A DNA stretch of 31,159 nucleotides, from contig CAZSWP010000024.1 in NCBI GenBank assembly GCA_964610875.1, positions 1 through 31,159 of the forward strand. The letters run 5' to 3'. Every line of letters starts with the position of its first letter. The first letter of the stretch is position 1. The notes beneath the pieces were generated by a model. That model saw only the letters and a list, made by a program, of their open reading frames with translations, was not told the DNA's origin and did no database searches. Made by a program: the position numbers and the translations under genes. This document shows positions 17,826 through 28,380 of this stretch, piece after piece. Source of the DNA: an uncultured archaeon (lineage in GTDB: Archaea; Asgardarchaeota; Thorarchaeia; Thorarchaeales; Thorarchaeaceae).

Positions 17826-18260
17826 TTGAGTTATAGAAGCATGCGTCCAATGAGGGATAATGAACGTGCCTTAGTTGAACTCCTCTTGAAGATAGATAGG
17901 AAATACAAAGACCTGGTTATGATTGTTGAAGGAAAAAGAGACGTAAACATTTTACGAGACCTCGGAGTGCAATCACGAATTTTCCGCACACAAACAAAAA
18001 GAACTCGTGAGGAAACAGCAGATTTGATTGCACAAAAAATTAAAGGGAATGAGCGTGTGCTGATACTGACCGATTTTGATCAAGAAGGAATTGAAATCGG
18101 ACAAATACTTGACCAAGCTTTAGAAATTAGAAAGGTGAAAACGTTGAAACGACTTCGAAAAGAAGTCAGAAAACTCATGGGGAATTGGCGGTGTATTGAA
18201 GAACTAGCCGCTTTATTCAAGCGGAAGGATTCTCCTGAACCGGCAAGACATTCTGTGTAG
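17826..18260 (+). CDS. Small stand-alone TOPRIM protein (archaeal small primase-like / RNase M5-like)
   Basis: IVEGKRD...L..LG, ILTDFDQEG and C-terminal IEEL. Confidence 0.88.
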   Translation: MSYRSMRPMRDNERALVELLLKIDRKYKDLVMIVEGKRDVNILRDLGVQSRIFRTQTKRTREETADLIAQKIKGNERVLILTDFDQEGIEIGQILDQALEIRKVKTLKRLRKEVRKLMGNWRCIEELAALFKRKDSPEPARHSV

Positions 18261-20064
18261 TGAACACTCTTCTTCTAGCTACAGACTCGAAACTCAACAT
18301 AACCGGCACTGAGAAAATCATCAACAACGCCCCGGTGCCTAGATACATATTAGCCAATCCCCCAGAAACTGCAAACATTATCGCCAAAAATGAATATGAA
18401 ATAATCATGATTGCAAGAACAGGCATCCAGAGAAGGATTGTCAGTTTCAGTGGGAGTTGATATCTAATTGAAGATAATGAAATTATGAAACAAACAAAAA
18501 GTAGCATTAGTGAAAGAAACCAACCGCTCAGTCCCAGCGTATTCCCATAGACTTCCAAGAATTGTAGAAAGTCTATCTCAACTCTATTACTAACACCAGT
18601 AAAAGGTAATATGAAACCAAGACCTATCATTGAATATCCAACAAACATTGGTGTTTCTCTAAGGACTCGTACTCGAGAGGGTCGCCATCTAATCCATCTA
18701 ATTATGAATAGTAGACATATTCCAGAGAGAATGGTGATAAGTGGGACTAGGAAAGAGCCTGCGTTTGCATCTTGAATGAGTGATGAAACAAACACAAGGT
18801 CACCATCTTCTTGCGACACAAAGAATGTAACACGACCAATATGATATGGAGTTAATTCATAGGTATAGACTCCATCTTTTTCCACCATTTCAACTTCATC
18901 CCACGGAGAGCCAGGGTCTCCTGTACGATAATGAAGTATCAGGTTTGAACCAGCTGAAGCAGTTGCGCTTATACTTATTGTCCAACCCTTTAGTGTGATT
19001 ATTTCCTCATGTTTCACCTCTATGGAGGGATAAGTGACCTCATTCTTAAAGTGAGCATCTAACCACCTTATTACGACTTCTACCCAAGAAGGTTCAATGA
19101 AATGACCAGAATTCGGATGAATACTCAGTGTTAAAGGAGCTGTGATCACCTCAGAGGTTTCTATCATACCATCTAAAACAAAGAATGGATCATTGGTACC
19201 AAAAAACATGAGAACTGGTTCGGTCAACTGTTGAGCGTATGCAATTGGGTCAAACCACTTGATAATATTATCAAGCTCCTCAGAGTATACACCATAATCA
19301 TGTTTTACATAACCATTCATGAGTGAACCTGCAAGCAAAGTTTCTTCAAGACAACCACTAGATATCATCGGAATGGACCCATCTACACGATTGTCTATTG
19401 CTGACAGAATGAAGGTCTCCATTCCACCCATTGATCCCCCTAGCACAATTGTGTTTTCGATATAGGATAGGCTCTCCAGAAACGTGAGAGCACGTGCAGC
19501 AGCCCAGATTGAGTGGTAGAGATGAGCACTTGTTGGACCATCTGAAATATCAAAAAATGTTGAAGGATTAAGAGGGAGATAAGAAGAAGATTGGCCCGAA
19601 CCAGGAGCATCAATTGCAAGTACAATATATCCTCCAATAGCTAAATTCTCTATTACATCAGCAAAGCCCTCAATACTACTACCATACCCATGAAGAACAA
19701 GAATTGCAGTTGTGATGTTATCAAAACTCGTTGGTCTTACTAGTAGAGAATTGATTCTAATCTCATTTTCTTTGTAAGTTTCACTATAGTAGTTAAAACC
19801 CCAATAATCGACAGAAAAGGTTCCTTCCTCAGTCGTGGTCACATGGGTGTATTCAGACACGTTTTCTATGTCTAGCGGGTCAGTAATTGCATTTGAAAGG
19901 TCCCAAAAATCGGTTTCATAGTAGCTTTCTTCACGTGGTTCAGAATAATTAGCGGGATATTGAAGCCCTATCCAAAATAGCATTGACACTACTCCACTCA
20001 AAAACAAGTATAAGGTGAGTATGAATATCACAAGTTGTATACTCTTCATGATGTTGAGCACCAC
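18217..20064 (-). CDS. Membrane-bound alpha/beta hydrolase with extracellular catalytic domain and about five C-terminal TM helices
   Basis: N-terminal TM, LHGYG, DAPGSG, GGSMGG nucleophile, GTNDPFF acid, SGH histidine, and a polytopic C-terminus. Confidence 0.85.
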   Translation of the reverse strand: MVLNIMKSIQLVIFILTLYLFLSGVVSMLFWIGLQYPANYSEPREESYYETDFWDLSNAITDPLDIENVSEYTHVTTTEEGTFSVDYWGFNYYSETYKENEIRINSLLVRPTSFDNITTAILVLHGYGSSIEGFADVIENLAIGGYIVLAIDAPGSGQSSSYLPLNPSTFFDISDGPTSAHLYHSIWAAARALTFLESLSYIENTIVLGGSMGGMETFILSAIDNRVDGSIPMISSGCLEETLLAGSLMNGYVKHDYGVYSEELDNIIKWFDPIAYAQQLTEPVLMFFGTNDPFFVLDGMIETSEVITAPLTLSIHPNSGHFIEPSWVEVVIRWLDAHFKNEVTYPSIEVKHEEIITLKGWTISISATASAGSNLILHYRTGDPGSPWDEVEMVEKDGVYTYELTPYHIGRVTFFVSQEDGDLVFVSSLIQDANAGSFLVPLITILSGICLLFIIRWIRWRPSRVRVLRETPMFVGYSMIGLGFILPFTGVSNRVEIDFLQFLEVYGNTLGLSGWFLSLMLLFVCFIISLSSIRYQLPLKLTILLWMPVLAIMIISYSFLAIMFAVSGGLANMYLGTGALLMIFSVPVMLSFESVARRRVFTTQNVLPVQENPSA

Positions 20065-20069
20065 TGCAA

Positions 20070-21092
20070 CTACACAGTGCTACCACAGTTTGGACATATG
20101 AATTTGCCCTGTGGTATCTCAGAACCACAAACACGACAAGTTCGGACCTTTTTTGCTCTCATTGAGTCTACAACATCTCCTTTCTGTGGCACAAGAATGA
20201 ACTTCCCATCATCATAACTGATTTTGAACTCAGATGGATTTCCAGCCATTTCAAGAAGGTCTGTGGGCATTGGTAATCTGTAATTATTATCTAATCGTAC
20301 AATACGAGTTGTTCCTAGTGTTTCGAGATCGATTCCCATCTGGTGAAATCCTGATACGATTCCATCTCGAATCTCGATTGTCACATCAGCCATAGAAGCG
20401 ACCTGTTGGCTGTGAGTGACAATGAAGAAACTTGTACCCAGTGTTTCATTGAGTTCTTTGAACAACTCGAGTATTCTCTGTGCGGTTTCAGGGTCTAGGT
20501 CACCAGTGGGCTCATCACATAGAACGAGTCCTTTACCTTCGGTATCAATCAGATTCACAAGAGCACTTGCAATAGCAACACGAGATTTTTCACCACCACT
20601 AAGTGTGACAGCTTTGTTTCGTTTGCGCTCCTCAAGACCTACGAGTCTGATTAGTCTATCAACACGCTCAGAACGGATCTTCTTTGGAACTCCTGCAATT
20701 CTTGCTGCGAGTTCTACATTCTGCCAAGCATTGAGATGTGGTAGGAGATTGTTTACTTGAAATACAAACCCAATAAAGTGACGCCTAGCTTCAGTCAGAA
20801 CATTCTCAGATAACTTGGTGATATCAGTTCGCAGATTTGCCCAGTATACCTTTCCTACAGTGGCTTTTGTGATGCCACCTATGATATTTGTCAGTGTTGT
20901 CTTTCCTGAACCACTGGGCCCAACAACACACATGATCTTCCCTTCAAGAACTTGCAGAGAAACTCCTGAGAGTGCGACTGTTTCAATGTCCTGTGTAGCA
21001 TAGATTTTGTACACATCTTCTACACTGACAACAACATCATCAGGATAGTCACCAAACAAATCAAGGCTATCTGCTGAAACCATATGTGTCAC
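20070..21092 (-). CDS. MacB/LolD-type ABC ATPase with C-terminal AbrB-like domain and zinc ribbon
   Basis: GPSGSGKTT, GFVFQ, LSGGE, CDEPTGDLD and VTH. Tail IVRLDNNYRLPMP..L and CRVCG......CPNCG. Confidence 0.9.
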   Translation of the reverse strand: MTHMVSADSLDLFGDYPDDVVVSVEDVYKIYATQDIETVALSGVSLQVLEGKIMCVVGPSGSGKTTLTNIIGGITKATVGKVYWANLRTDITKLSENVLTEARRHFIGFVFQVNNLLPHLNAWQNVELAARIAGVPKKIRSERVDRLIRLVGLEERKRNKAVTLSGGEKSRVAIASALVNLIDTEGKGLVLCDEPTGDLDPETAQRILELFKELNETLGTSFFIVTHSQQVASMADVTIEIRDGIVSGFHQMGIDLETLGTTRIVRLDNNYRLPMPTDLLEMAGNPSEFKISYDDGKFILVPQKGDVVDSMRAKKVRTCRVCGSEIPQGKFICPNCGSTV

Positions 21093-21160
21093 ATCTTCTT
21101 GTTTTTAGCGGCATCCAAATAAGGCTATTGAGAAGCGCATTTTTTAGTAGACCAATTCTA

Positions 21161-24073
21161 CTACAGATTTCTGAGTACATGGGCAGGATCAACTCTACTG
21201 GCTCTAAGTGCAGGTATATAGCAGCTGGCTATCATTACTATGCTTTCGGTTATGATAATGACTATCATTAGCGTCAACGGAATGGCAAGGACCTCGGTGA
21301 TAATGGGAGAGAAGGGAGAAATACTGAAAGTCAAGATGCCCATTACAAATCCGAACAAGACGCCTAGAATGATACTGATACCAATGGCTGCAATCACAAC
21401 TCCCGCAAATTCACCAAATACCATTGATACTACTTGTTTTCTAGTGCCACCTAACGCTCGAACAAGTGCGTATTCAGGTTCTCTCTCTAATACTGCAGAT
21501 CCAAGAAAGAGGGTTATGGCTGCCAAGCCCATAGCTGCCGACATCACAAATCCAACCATTGTTAGTCCATCTATCCCGGACACAAATAATTGAATTCCAG
21601 AAAACTCGTCTAATGCGAAGCTTTCAGGAGAGTATACATCAGTATTGCGTACAGCATCAATACTCATGATTAGTTCAGAAGAATCGAAACCAGAGATGAG
21701 GTCTACTAAGAATAGCTGAGATGTTTGAATAGTGGACACATTAGAAAGATAATCAAGATTGGTTAAAGCAAATCCTCCTTTTTTCACCTGGAATCCGAAT
21801 TGGGACCCGAAGGTGGAGGTTTGAATATCTCGTGTAGATGCAGCGCCAAACCCTGGTGCGCTTTTCATTACACCTATGATTTGATATTCTGCCGTTCTGG
21901 ATGCATTTATTGTTCCTGTACTGATTTGAAGTGTCTGTCCAGTTGACTTGTTCCAGAGATTGGCATAGTATTCACTAATTATTATTCCATTAGAAGTCGC
22001 ATTTAGTTTCGTTAATATGTCACTACTTGTATTATATGGAAAACTCTCAGGCGCAAAATAGCCAATCTTGAGATAATCAAGTGCATTGAGTCCCTCAATG
22101 AAGAATTCATCATCTCCAACCCGCCCCCAAGTTTCTAAGACTGGCGTTGCTTTGTATACACCAGGGTTGGATAATAATTCCTCAATATAGGTGAAAGGTA
22201 ATGGGTCTGTTTCAATTCGAAGATCTGCACCTATTGCGTAACTCAACTCATTAGTTAGTGTTGCTTCAAAACTTGCAGATTGAATCAACATCATAGAAGT
22301 TGTAGTAAGAGTCAATGTGAGGATTACCATTAGCGGAAGAAATTGGCCTTTCCTTTTTCTAAGACTCCGACTGAGATACACACTTTTTTCTCCAAATAGA
22401 AAATTTGTTCCTTCGGAAACATGTGCCGTTACAGCACGCATTGTTCTAGATCCAAGATATGACGCAACAAAGAGTAAAAGTGTGACAACGAGCACCTGTA
22501 TTATTGCTGTAGACCCTATTGGTTCAAAAACCAAGGGCATAACTACCATAACTGATAGAGTTGCTCCTAGAGCAAATGCATATCGCCAACCACTCGTTTC
22601 CTCTGTACCTTCCTCTTCGATGTTGGTTGTTGGCTGACCAACTTCAGATACGTCAATACGTCTTGCAACGTGAAGAATGTAAGCTGCTGGTAGATACATT
22701 GCTATAGCTCCAGCGATAATCAAAGCCAAAGGAGGGAGCGTAAGATACTCAATATAAGAAACGTAGATAGAGAAATCGAATGAGAAAAGACTGGTGGTTG
22801 AACCAATGAGTGGTGCCATAATCATCGCAAAACTTAGACCAAGGGCTAATCCAATAATTGCAAGTATTAATGCTTCCCAAACAAATGTCGAGAAGACTTG
22901 ATTGAATGATGCACCTTTGGATCTGAGTGTTGTGATCTCGCGTTTCCTACGGGATATAGAAGTTTCCGAGGTGAAGATTGTAAGCATCATACTCATGATT
23001 AATACTGGAAATGCAAGCAATGTCAAGATTTGGCTTGACATGTAGGTATTGACATGATTACGTAATTTTTCAACTTCATAGAGACCGGTAACAATTATTC
23101 TCTGGAATTCTTCTTCTAAGTGAATCTTTACTTCTTCAAGATTCTCATCGATATATTGCGCTCCACCTGCAATTAGATTTGCCCGATCAGGTGTGAGAAG
23201 AACAGGCGATTGGAAATAACCTCTTTCAAGAGTCGTTTCTACTACTGCTTCGCCAATGTCACTTGCCAGCATTATCACAGAGTCCCAAATACCCAACACG
23301 GGTTCAGCTGGACCGAGGGGGTCCCAATTGTGTCGACTAATTGAAGGATATGCTCGAATAACAGATGTGAGAACAGGAGAGGGTTCGAAAAGACCTGCGA
23401 TTGTCATATTGGCTATGGTGATGTTCCCAAGGGTTTCTGGGGTTGCTGCACCAGCACGTCCACCAATAGGTAAGAAATCCATTGAAATCTCATCGCCCAG
23501 CGTCAAGTTGAGATTGTGAACATCATATGTATATTCAAGAAACTTCGGACCAGCTAAAACTTGTCCGGGAGAGAGTGTAAAATTGCCTTCCCATGAGAAC
23601 TCTGATGACCAATATTCGAGGATATGATTGTCCACTAGTAGAACCCTGAAATCTTTGATTCCAAAAAGATAGTTGAGAGCTGTCATGGAATAAGTTTCCC
23701 AAGGTGTTATGTTGCCACCCTTTAGAATCCCAATAGAAGTCGGAATATGGTGTGCTTGGTCGATATAGGGATTCTGCAGGGCTACTTCCTTTGCTTCGAA
23801 TACACTCAGATAATCAGCTGAATCGCTAGTCCTTGGACTGAGTGTGAGCTGGTAATTTGAAGAATCAAAATACTGGTCAACTACAAGGGATGTGCCGGAC
23901 GCCGTCCAAACGAAAACTGTTGTTGGAAGAGACACTCCAATTGCAAGAACCAATGCAATTCCAGCATTACGAATTGGATAATTCCTTAATGCACCTAGTG
24001 CATATACAACTGAAAAGAGGGAATTGCTGTATGATTTTGGTTTGTCAATGCGTGCCATGCTTAATCCTCTCAA
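21161..24073 (-). CDS. Large FtsX/MacB-family ABC permease (tandem FtsX domains)
   Basis: RKREITTLRSKGAS and EREPEYALVRALGG motifs, two large extracellular loops, C-terminal PA.RASRVDPA.VLR. Confidence 0.9.
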   Translation of the reverse strand: MRGLSMARIDKPKSYSNSLFSVVYALGALRNYPIRNAGIALVLAIGVSLPTTVFVWTASGTSLVVDQYFDSSNYQLTLSPRTSDSADYLSVFEAKEVALQNPYIDQAHHIPTSIGILKGGNITPWETYSMTALNYLFGIKDFRVLLVDNHILEYWSSEFSWEGNFTLSPGQVLAGPKFLEYTYDVHNLNLTLGDEISMDFLPIGGRAGAATPETLGNITIANMTIAGLFEPSPVLTSVIRAYPSISRHNWDPLGPAEPVLGIWDSVIMLASDIGEAVVETTLERGYFQSPVLLTPDRANLIAGGAQYIDENLEEVKIHLEEEFQRIIVTGLYEVEKLRNHVNTYMSSQILTLLAFPVLIMSMMLTIFTSETSISRRKREITTLRSKGASFNQVFSTFVWEALILAIIGLALGLSFAMIMAPLIGSTTSLFSFDFSIYVSYIEYLTLPPLALIIAGAIAMYLPAAYILHVARRIDVSEVGQPTTNIEEEGTEETSGWRYAFALGATLSVMVVMPLVFEPIGSTAIIQVLVVTLLLFVASYLGSRTMRAVTAHVSEGTNFLFGEKSVYLSRSLRKRKGQFLPLMVILTLTLTTTSMMLIQSASFEATLTNELSYAIGADLRIETDPLPFTYIEELLSNPGVYKATPVLETWGRVGDDEFFIEGLNALDYLKIGYFAPESFPYNTSSDILTKLNATSNGIIISEYYANLWNKSTGQTLQISTGTINASRTAEYQIIGVMKSAPGFGAASTRDIQTSTFGSQFGFQVKKGGFALTNLDYLSNVSTIQTSQLFLVDLISGFDSSELIMSIDAVRNTDVYSPESFALDEFSGIQLFVSGIDGLTMVGFVMSAAMGLAAITLFLGSAVLEREPEYALVRALGGTRKQVVSMVFGEFAGVVIAAIGISIILGVLFGFVMGILTFSISPFSPIITEVLAIPLTLMIVIIITESIVMIASCYIPALRASRVDPAHVLRNL

Positions 24074-26964
24074 AGGTTCCTCAATACAATAGCTGGATCA
24101 GTCTTAGCAGCTTCACGTGCTGGAAAATATGCTCCAGCTATCATCATTATTAGTTCTAACAGCAATACAGCTGTAAGAAATCCCGTTGGAAAAGTGATTG
24201 CAGGTGTGAGTATTCTTGCAAATGGACTCATTGAGAATACTACTGAACTCATGATGAATCCAAAGAGTGTTCCTAGCAGAAGGCTAAATGCCAAAGATGC
24301 TAAAACAATCCCTGTAAATTCTGAGAATACTATATTTACAACCATTCTTCTTGAACCACCAACTGCCCTCAGAATAGCATAATCCCTTTTCCTTTCTCGA
24401 ACGACAGATCCAAGGAAGAGTGTCATCGCAAACATACCAAGAACAAGGGACATTGCAAAGCCAATGGAAAACAGTCCTTCAACTGTACTTAGAAAGAGAG
24501 CAGTTCCAAAAGAGCGTCCTTTCAAATCAAAGAGTTCAGGTGTTGTCGCAGACACACCGGGAAGGTCTTTCAATGCCCGGAGTAAGAACTCCTGATCAGT
24601 AATGCACACAAGATCAGCCATGAAGCTTCTGACTGTTGTTATGTCAGTCTGTTCTGATATGAAATCAAGATTTGCCAGAGCAAATCCAGTAAGACCAGCT
24701 TGAAAACCAAATCCAGCTCCTAAACTTGAGGAGGGGATATCCTGCTCGGCAGCATATCCAAATCCAGGAGCACTATGAATTAGGGCGACCAATGTGAATG
24801 TCACTCTTATAGAAGCAAGTCTGCCCCCAACATCAAGAGTTATTGAATCACCTATAGTCTTGTTCAGTCGATTGGCATGATATTCGCTCATGATGATGCC
24901 ATTTGATATTGCGGCCAATCTAGATAGGATATGATTTGAATCTTCTCCGAAGAAGCTTGTATCATCAAATTTTCCAATATCAGAATACTCCAAGGCATCA
25001 ATAGCTTTAATGTATAACCTCTCAGTCCCAGTTCGTGCAGTGGTTGTTAAGATAGGTGTCGCTTTGTTTACACCAGGATATGATTCGATGGTGTCGTTGA
25101 AGGAGAAAGGTTGGGGAGTGCACATAACACGTAGATCAGAACCAATGGCATAAGCAATCTCTTTCTCCAAGTCTGCTTGAAAACTGTGTGCTTGAATAGT
25201 GAAGGCAATAGTAGAAGACATTGTCAAAGCAAGTACAACCATTAGAGGGACAATCCTTCCTTTTCGCATCCGGAGATTTCCAGCAGAAATTAGATTCTTC
25301 TCACCGAGCATGAATGTAAGTCTAGCTGAGAATTTAGAGAAGCTAACTCGTGAAATTCTAGAGCCGTTATACGCTAGAAAGAACCAAGCTGCTGTTCCTA
25401 GGCCTAACTCAAGCAAAATCAATATCGGATTGGCTGGGAGAAGTAATACCGAGAACAAAACCATCCCCAGTAATACTGCAGAAGCACCCAATGTAAATGA
25501 GTGGGCCTCTTGATCTTCGGATACTGATTCTGATATCTCAGTTAGTGTTGAACCAATCTCTGTCCTTGCGGCTTTCCTTGCACTCTGCAGGATGAACAGC
25601 ATTGGAGGAACTATGCATATAATTATCGTGTAGATGACGGTTTCCAATCCAAGTACTGTCGCATCAAGGTAAAACATGTACAGTTCCATGTCAAATACCA
25701 TAAAAGCCAAGGAAGATGGAATTAATGCAGCAGAAACTATACTGATTGTCAAACCTAATCCAATACTCAGAATAGCCATTAGTATTGCTTCTGCCAAGAA
25801 AATGCCATAAATTTGACTGGAGCTCGCTCCTTTTGATCTGAGGGCACCAACTTCAGTAGTGCGAGCAGACATGAATGTGTCTGCGGCATAAATTGATAAA
25901 AAGAGCGCAAGAATGAATATTGGGAGATTCAATAGTGCTAGTGGAAGCGTGTCCAGATATGTATTAACAACGTTCTGTAGATTTCGTACCTCTGTAGCAC
26001 CTTCAACTTTAACATCATATTGTTCATTAATTCTCGCTTTTAGAATGAGCAGGTTATCTGCAATATTCTCAGGACCAGAGGAAATCAGAGCATCTGATGA
26101 CGCACGTATGAATACATTTGGTCCAAAGAATCCAACTGATGATACATCGGGAATTGCTACTTCATCTTTAAGCATCATTACGCTGTCCCTTATTCCAAGT
26201 ACAGGCGTATCATATACCACATAATCATAATTGGATCTCAGTCTTGACGGAAATGCTGTTTCTATAACCGAACTGTATCCTTCTATTTCGTATATTCCCA
26301 CAATCTTCAATGATGGTGTGCTGACGCGTCCAAGATCTCCGATTGGGGAAACAATGGAGGAAGAGCGTCTTGTGAGGAGCTCAAAATCAATTGTGGAGTT
26401 GATAGTGAGGGTGATTCCAAGTACATTGTACGTATAAGCAAGAAACCCTTTGGAAACCAATACCTCCCCCTGATTCAGCGAAAACTTCCCTTCAGTTTCA
26501 AATCCTGATGATGCATTTGAAAGGAAGTCAGCATCGACTAGTAGGACTTCGCAATCTTTCAACCCGTCGGTATATATGGGTTCATTCAACCCATATTGTA
26601 CAGTATCAGGTAACTCAGTTCCCCAGAGTAAGCCAACCACGGAATCGACATGTTGCGTGCTCTCTACGTATTCACTATTCAAAGCATATTGTTCAGCCAT
26701 ATCAATCTCTTGATTTGATCCAGCAACATTCTCAAGCACTAACTGATAGGGATTATTTTCAAAGTAAGTATCAACACTGACTTGGATACCGGTATCGCTC
26801 CAAATCATGACTGAAGCTATTAGAGCCACCCCAAGACTCAAGGTGAGTGCAAGACTTAATGATCTGAAAGGATTAGATCTCATAGCGCTCAGTGCATAGG
26901 AGAAGGAATATGCGCGGTTACCCTTTTTGAATTTTAAGCCATTATTCTTCCTTCTTCTTGCCAC
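24070..26964 (-). CDS. Large FtsX/MacB-family ABC permease (paralog of the neighbouring permease)
   Basis: RTTEVGALRSKGAS, ERKRDYAILRAVGG and PAREAAKTDPAIVLRNL; 4-nt overlap with the next gene. Confidence 0.9.
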   Translation of the reverse strand: MARRRKNNGLKFKKGNRAYSFSYALSAMRSNPFRSLSLALTLSLGVALIASVMIWSDTGIQVSVDTYFENNPYQLVLENVAGSNQEIDMAEQYALNSEYVESTQHVDSVVGLLWGTELPDTVQYGLNEPIYTDGLKDCEVLLVDADFLSNASSGFETEGKFSLNQGEVLVSKGFLAYTYNVLGITLTINSTIDFELLTRRSSSIVSPIGDLGRVSTPSLKIVGIYEIEGYSSVIETAFPSRLRSNYDYVVYDTPVLGIRDSVMMLKDEVAIPDVSSVGFFGPNVFIRASSDALISSGPENIADNLLILKARINEQYDVKVEGATEVRNLQNVVNTYLDTLPLALLNLPIFILALFLSIYAADTFMSARTTEVGALRSKGASSSQIYGIFLAEAILMAILSIGLGLTISIVSAALIPSSLAFMVFDMELYMFYLDATVLGLETVIYTIIICIVPPMLFILQSARKAARTEIGSTLTEISESVSEDQEAHSFTLGASAVLLGMVLFSVLLLPANPILILLELGLGTAAWFFLAYNGSRISRVSFSKFSARLTFMLGEKNLISAGNLRMRKGRIVPLMVVLALTMSSTIAFTIQAHSFQADLEKEIAYAIGSDLRVMCTPQPFSFNDTIESYPGVNKATPILTTTARTGTERLYIKAIDALEYSDIGKFDDTSFFGEDSNHILSRLAAISNGIIMSEYHANRLNKTIGDSITLDVGGRLASIRVTFTLVALIHSAPGFGYAAEQDIPSSSLGAGFGFQAGLTGFALANLDFISEQTDITTVRSFMADLVCITDQEFLLRALKDLPGVSATTPELFDLKGRSFGTALFLSTVEGLFSIGFAMSLVLGMFAMTLFLGSVVRERKRDYAILRAVGGSRRMVVNIVFSEFTGIVLASLAFSLLLGTLFGFIMSSVVFSMSPFARILTPAITFPTGFLTAVLLLELIMMIAGAYFPAREAAKTDPAIVLRNL

Positions 26965-26975
26965 TTCAACACCTT

Positions 26976-27776
26976 CTATGTTTTTGCATCCTGTTGTTCT
27001 TTTTCAAAGGGCTTTTCTTTAACATCAATTCCGCTAGCCTTGAAGAATTTGCTAATCAGTTCTTCAACTAAAACCCCATCTCGTAACAGAAGGATTTTAT
27101 CTGCCATTCTTGCAACTTCTGGGTCATGAGTGACAACCAAGACGGCTCTATTCTCTTGCTTTGCAAGATTTCTCATTAGTTTGATAATTTCGCCGCCGGT
27201 CTTATGGTCTAAGTCTCCAGTTGGTTCGTCGCAGAGTAAAATCGCAGGGTCATTCGCCAAAGCACGAGCTAACGCAACACGGGAGCGCATTCCACCAGAT
27301 AATTCGTGTGGCATGTGGTTGGCTCGGTGTGCAACATCAACTGCTTCAAGTAGTTTCATGGATTTCTCATGACGCTGTTTCGGGCGGATTTCGTCCAGTA
27401 GCATTGGTACTTCTACATTTTCTAAAGCTGTGAAAATTGGAAGTAAATGCTGGTCCTGAAATAACACACCTATTTTATGTCTGCGGAGTTCAGACATCCT
27501 CTCTTCGTCAAGTTCTGTGATGTCTATGTTATCAATGAATATACTACCACTTGTTGGTCTATCTAAACCTCCTATGAGATTTAGGAGAGTCGTCTTCCCA
27601 GAACCTGATGCACCGACTATAGCGATGAATTCGCCGCGATATACCGTAAGAGTTGTGCCCCTCAGCACCTTGATGATTCGTTGACCATCTTGGAATTCTC
27701 TAAAGACATCTACGCATCTTACGGCAACTTCATTATCAACCGTCACGCTTGTGCACTCCAAGGAAAATCCGTACAT
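26976..27776 (-). CDS. LolD/MacB-type ABC transporter ATP-binding protein
   Basis: GASGSGKTT, IGVLFQ, LSGG, CDEPTGDLD and VTHD. Confidence 0.95.
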   Translation of the reverse strand: MYGFSLECTSVTVDNEVAVRCVDVFREFQDGQRIIKVLRGTTLTVYRGEFIAIVGASGSGKTTLLNLIGGLDRPTSGSIFIDNIDITELDEERMSELRRHKIGVLFQDQHLLPIFTALENVEVPMLLDEIRPKQRHEKSMKLLEAVDVAHRANHMPHELSGGMRSRVALARALANDPAILLCDEPTGDLDHKTGGEIIKLMRNLAKQENRAVLVVTHDPEVARMADKILLLRDGVLVEELISKFFKASGIDVKEKPFEKEQQDAKT

Positions 27777-27837
27777 TAGGATATTTTTAAGGTTGTGACG
27801 AGAGCAAGAAATAGCAGTCAGTTATAGAGGTGTCTAT

Positions 27838-28347
27838 ATGGTGCGCATATTTTCTATTGCTGGTCTATCAAACTCTGGGAAGACAACGCTAATTGAAGCA
27901 CTAGTTCCACTTTTCAAAAGACGGGGATATAGAATTATCACTGTGAAGAGTACGAAAGAGAATATCTATCCACCAAAAGGAAAAGACACAGGAAGGCATA
28001 TCGAGGCTGGAGCCAACATGACTGTTATCATAGGTCCATCATCGACAGCCATTCATATTAGCGAAGCAATGACTCTAGAAGTGGTTCTTTCAATCTATGA
28101 TGCAGACCTCGTTCTTGTAGAAGGGATGAAGGCAAGCGATATTCCAAAGCTGTGGTGTGTGAGAGACGCTTCACTCAGTCTTCACTCACTCCCACCCAAC
28201 TGCAAAGGGATAGTAAACACATCAGAAACAGAACTAGAAAGTGACTATCCTCATGATATTTCTATTTTCAAATCAAGTAATGTGGATAGTATTGCCACAC
28301 TCATTGAAAACGAGGCAATAGACTTGAAATCACTCGGTGAGGAATAA
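27838..28347 (+). CDS. mobB: Molybdopterin-guanine dinucleotide biosynthesis adapter MobB
   Basis: GLSNSGKTTLIE.L, GYRI..VK, GKDT.RH..AGA and DLVLVEG.K. Confidence 0.85.
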   Translation: MVRIFSIAGLSNSGKTTLIEALVPLFKRRGYRIITVKSTKENIYPPKGKDTGRHIEAGANMTVIIGPSSTAIHISEAMTLEVVLSIYDADLVLVEGMKASDIPKLWCVRDASLSLHSLPPNCKGIVNTSETELESDYPHDISIFKSSNVDSIATLIENEAIDLKSLGEE

Positions 28348-28380
28348 TTTGACAGAAATGCGCATGACATAAACTATAAC

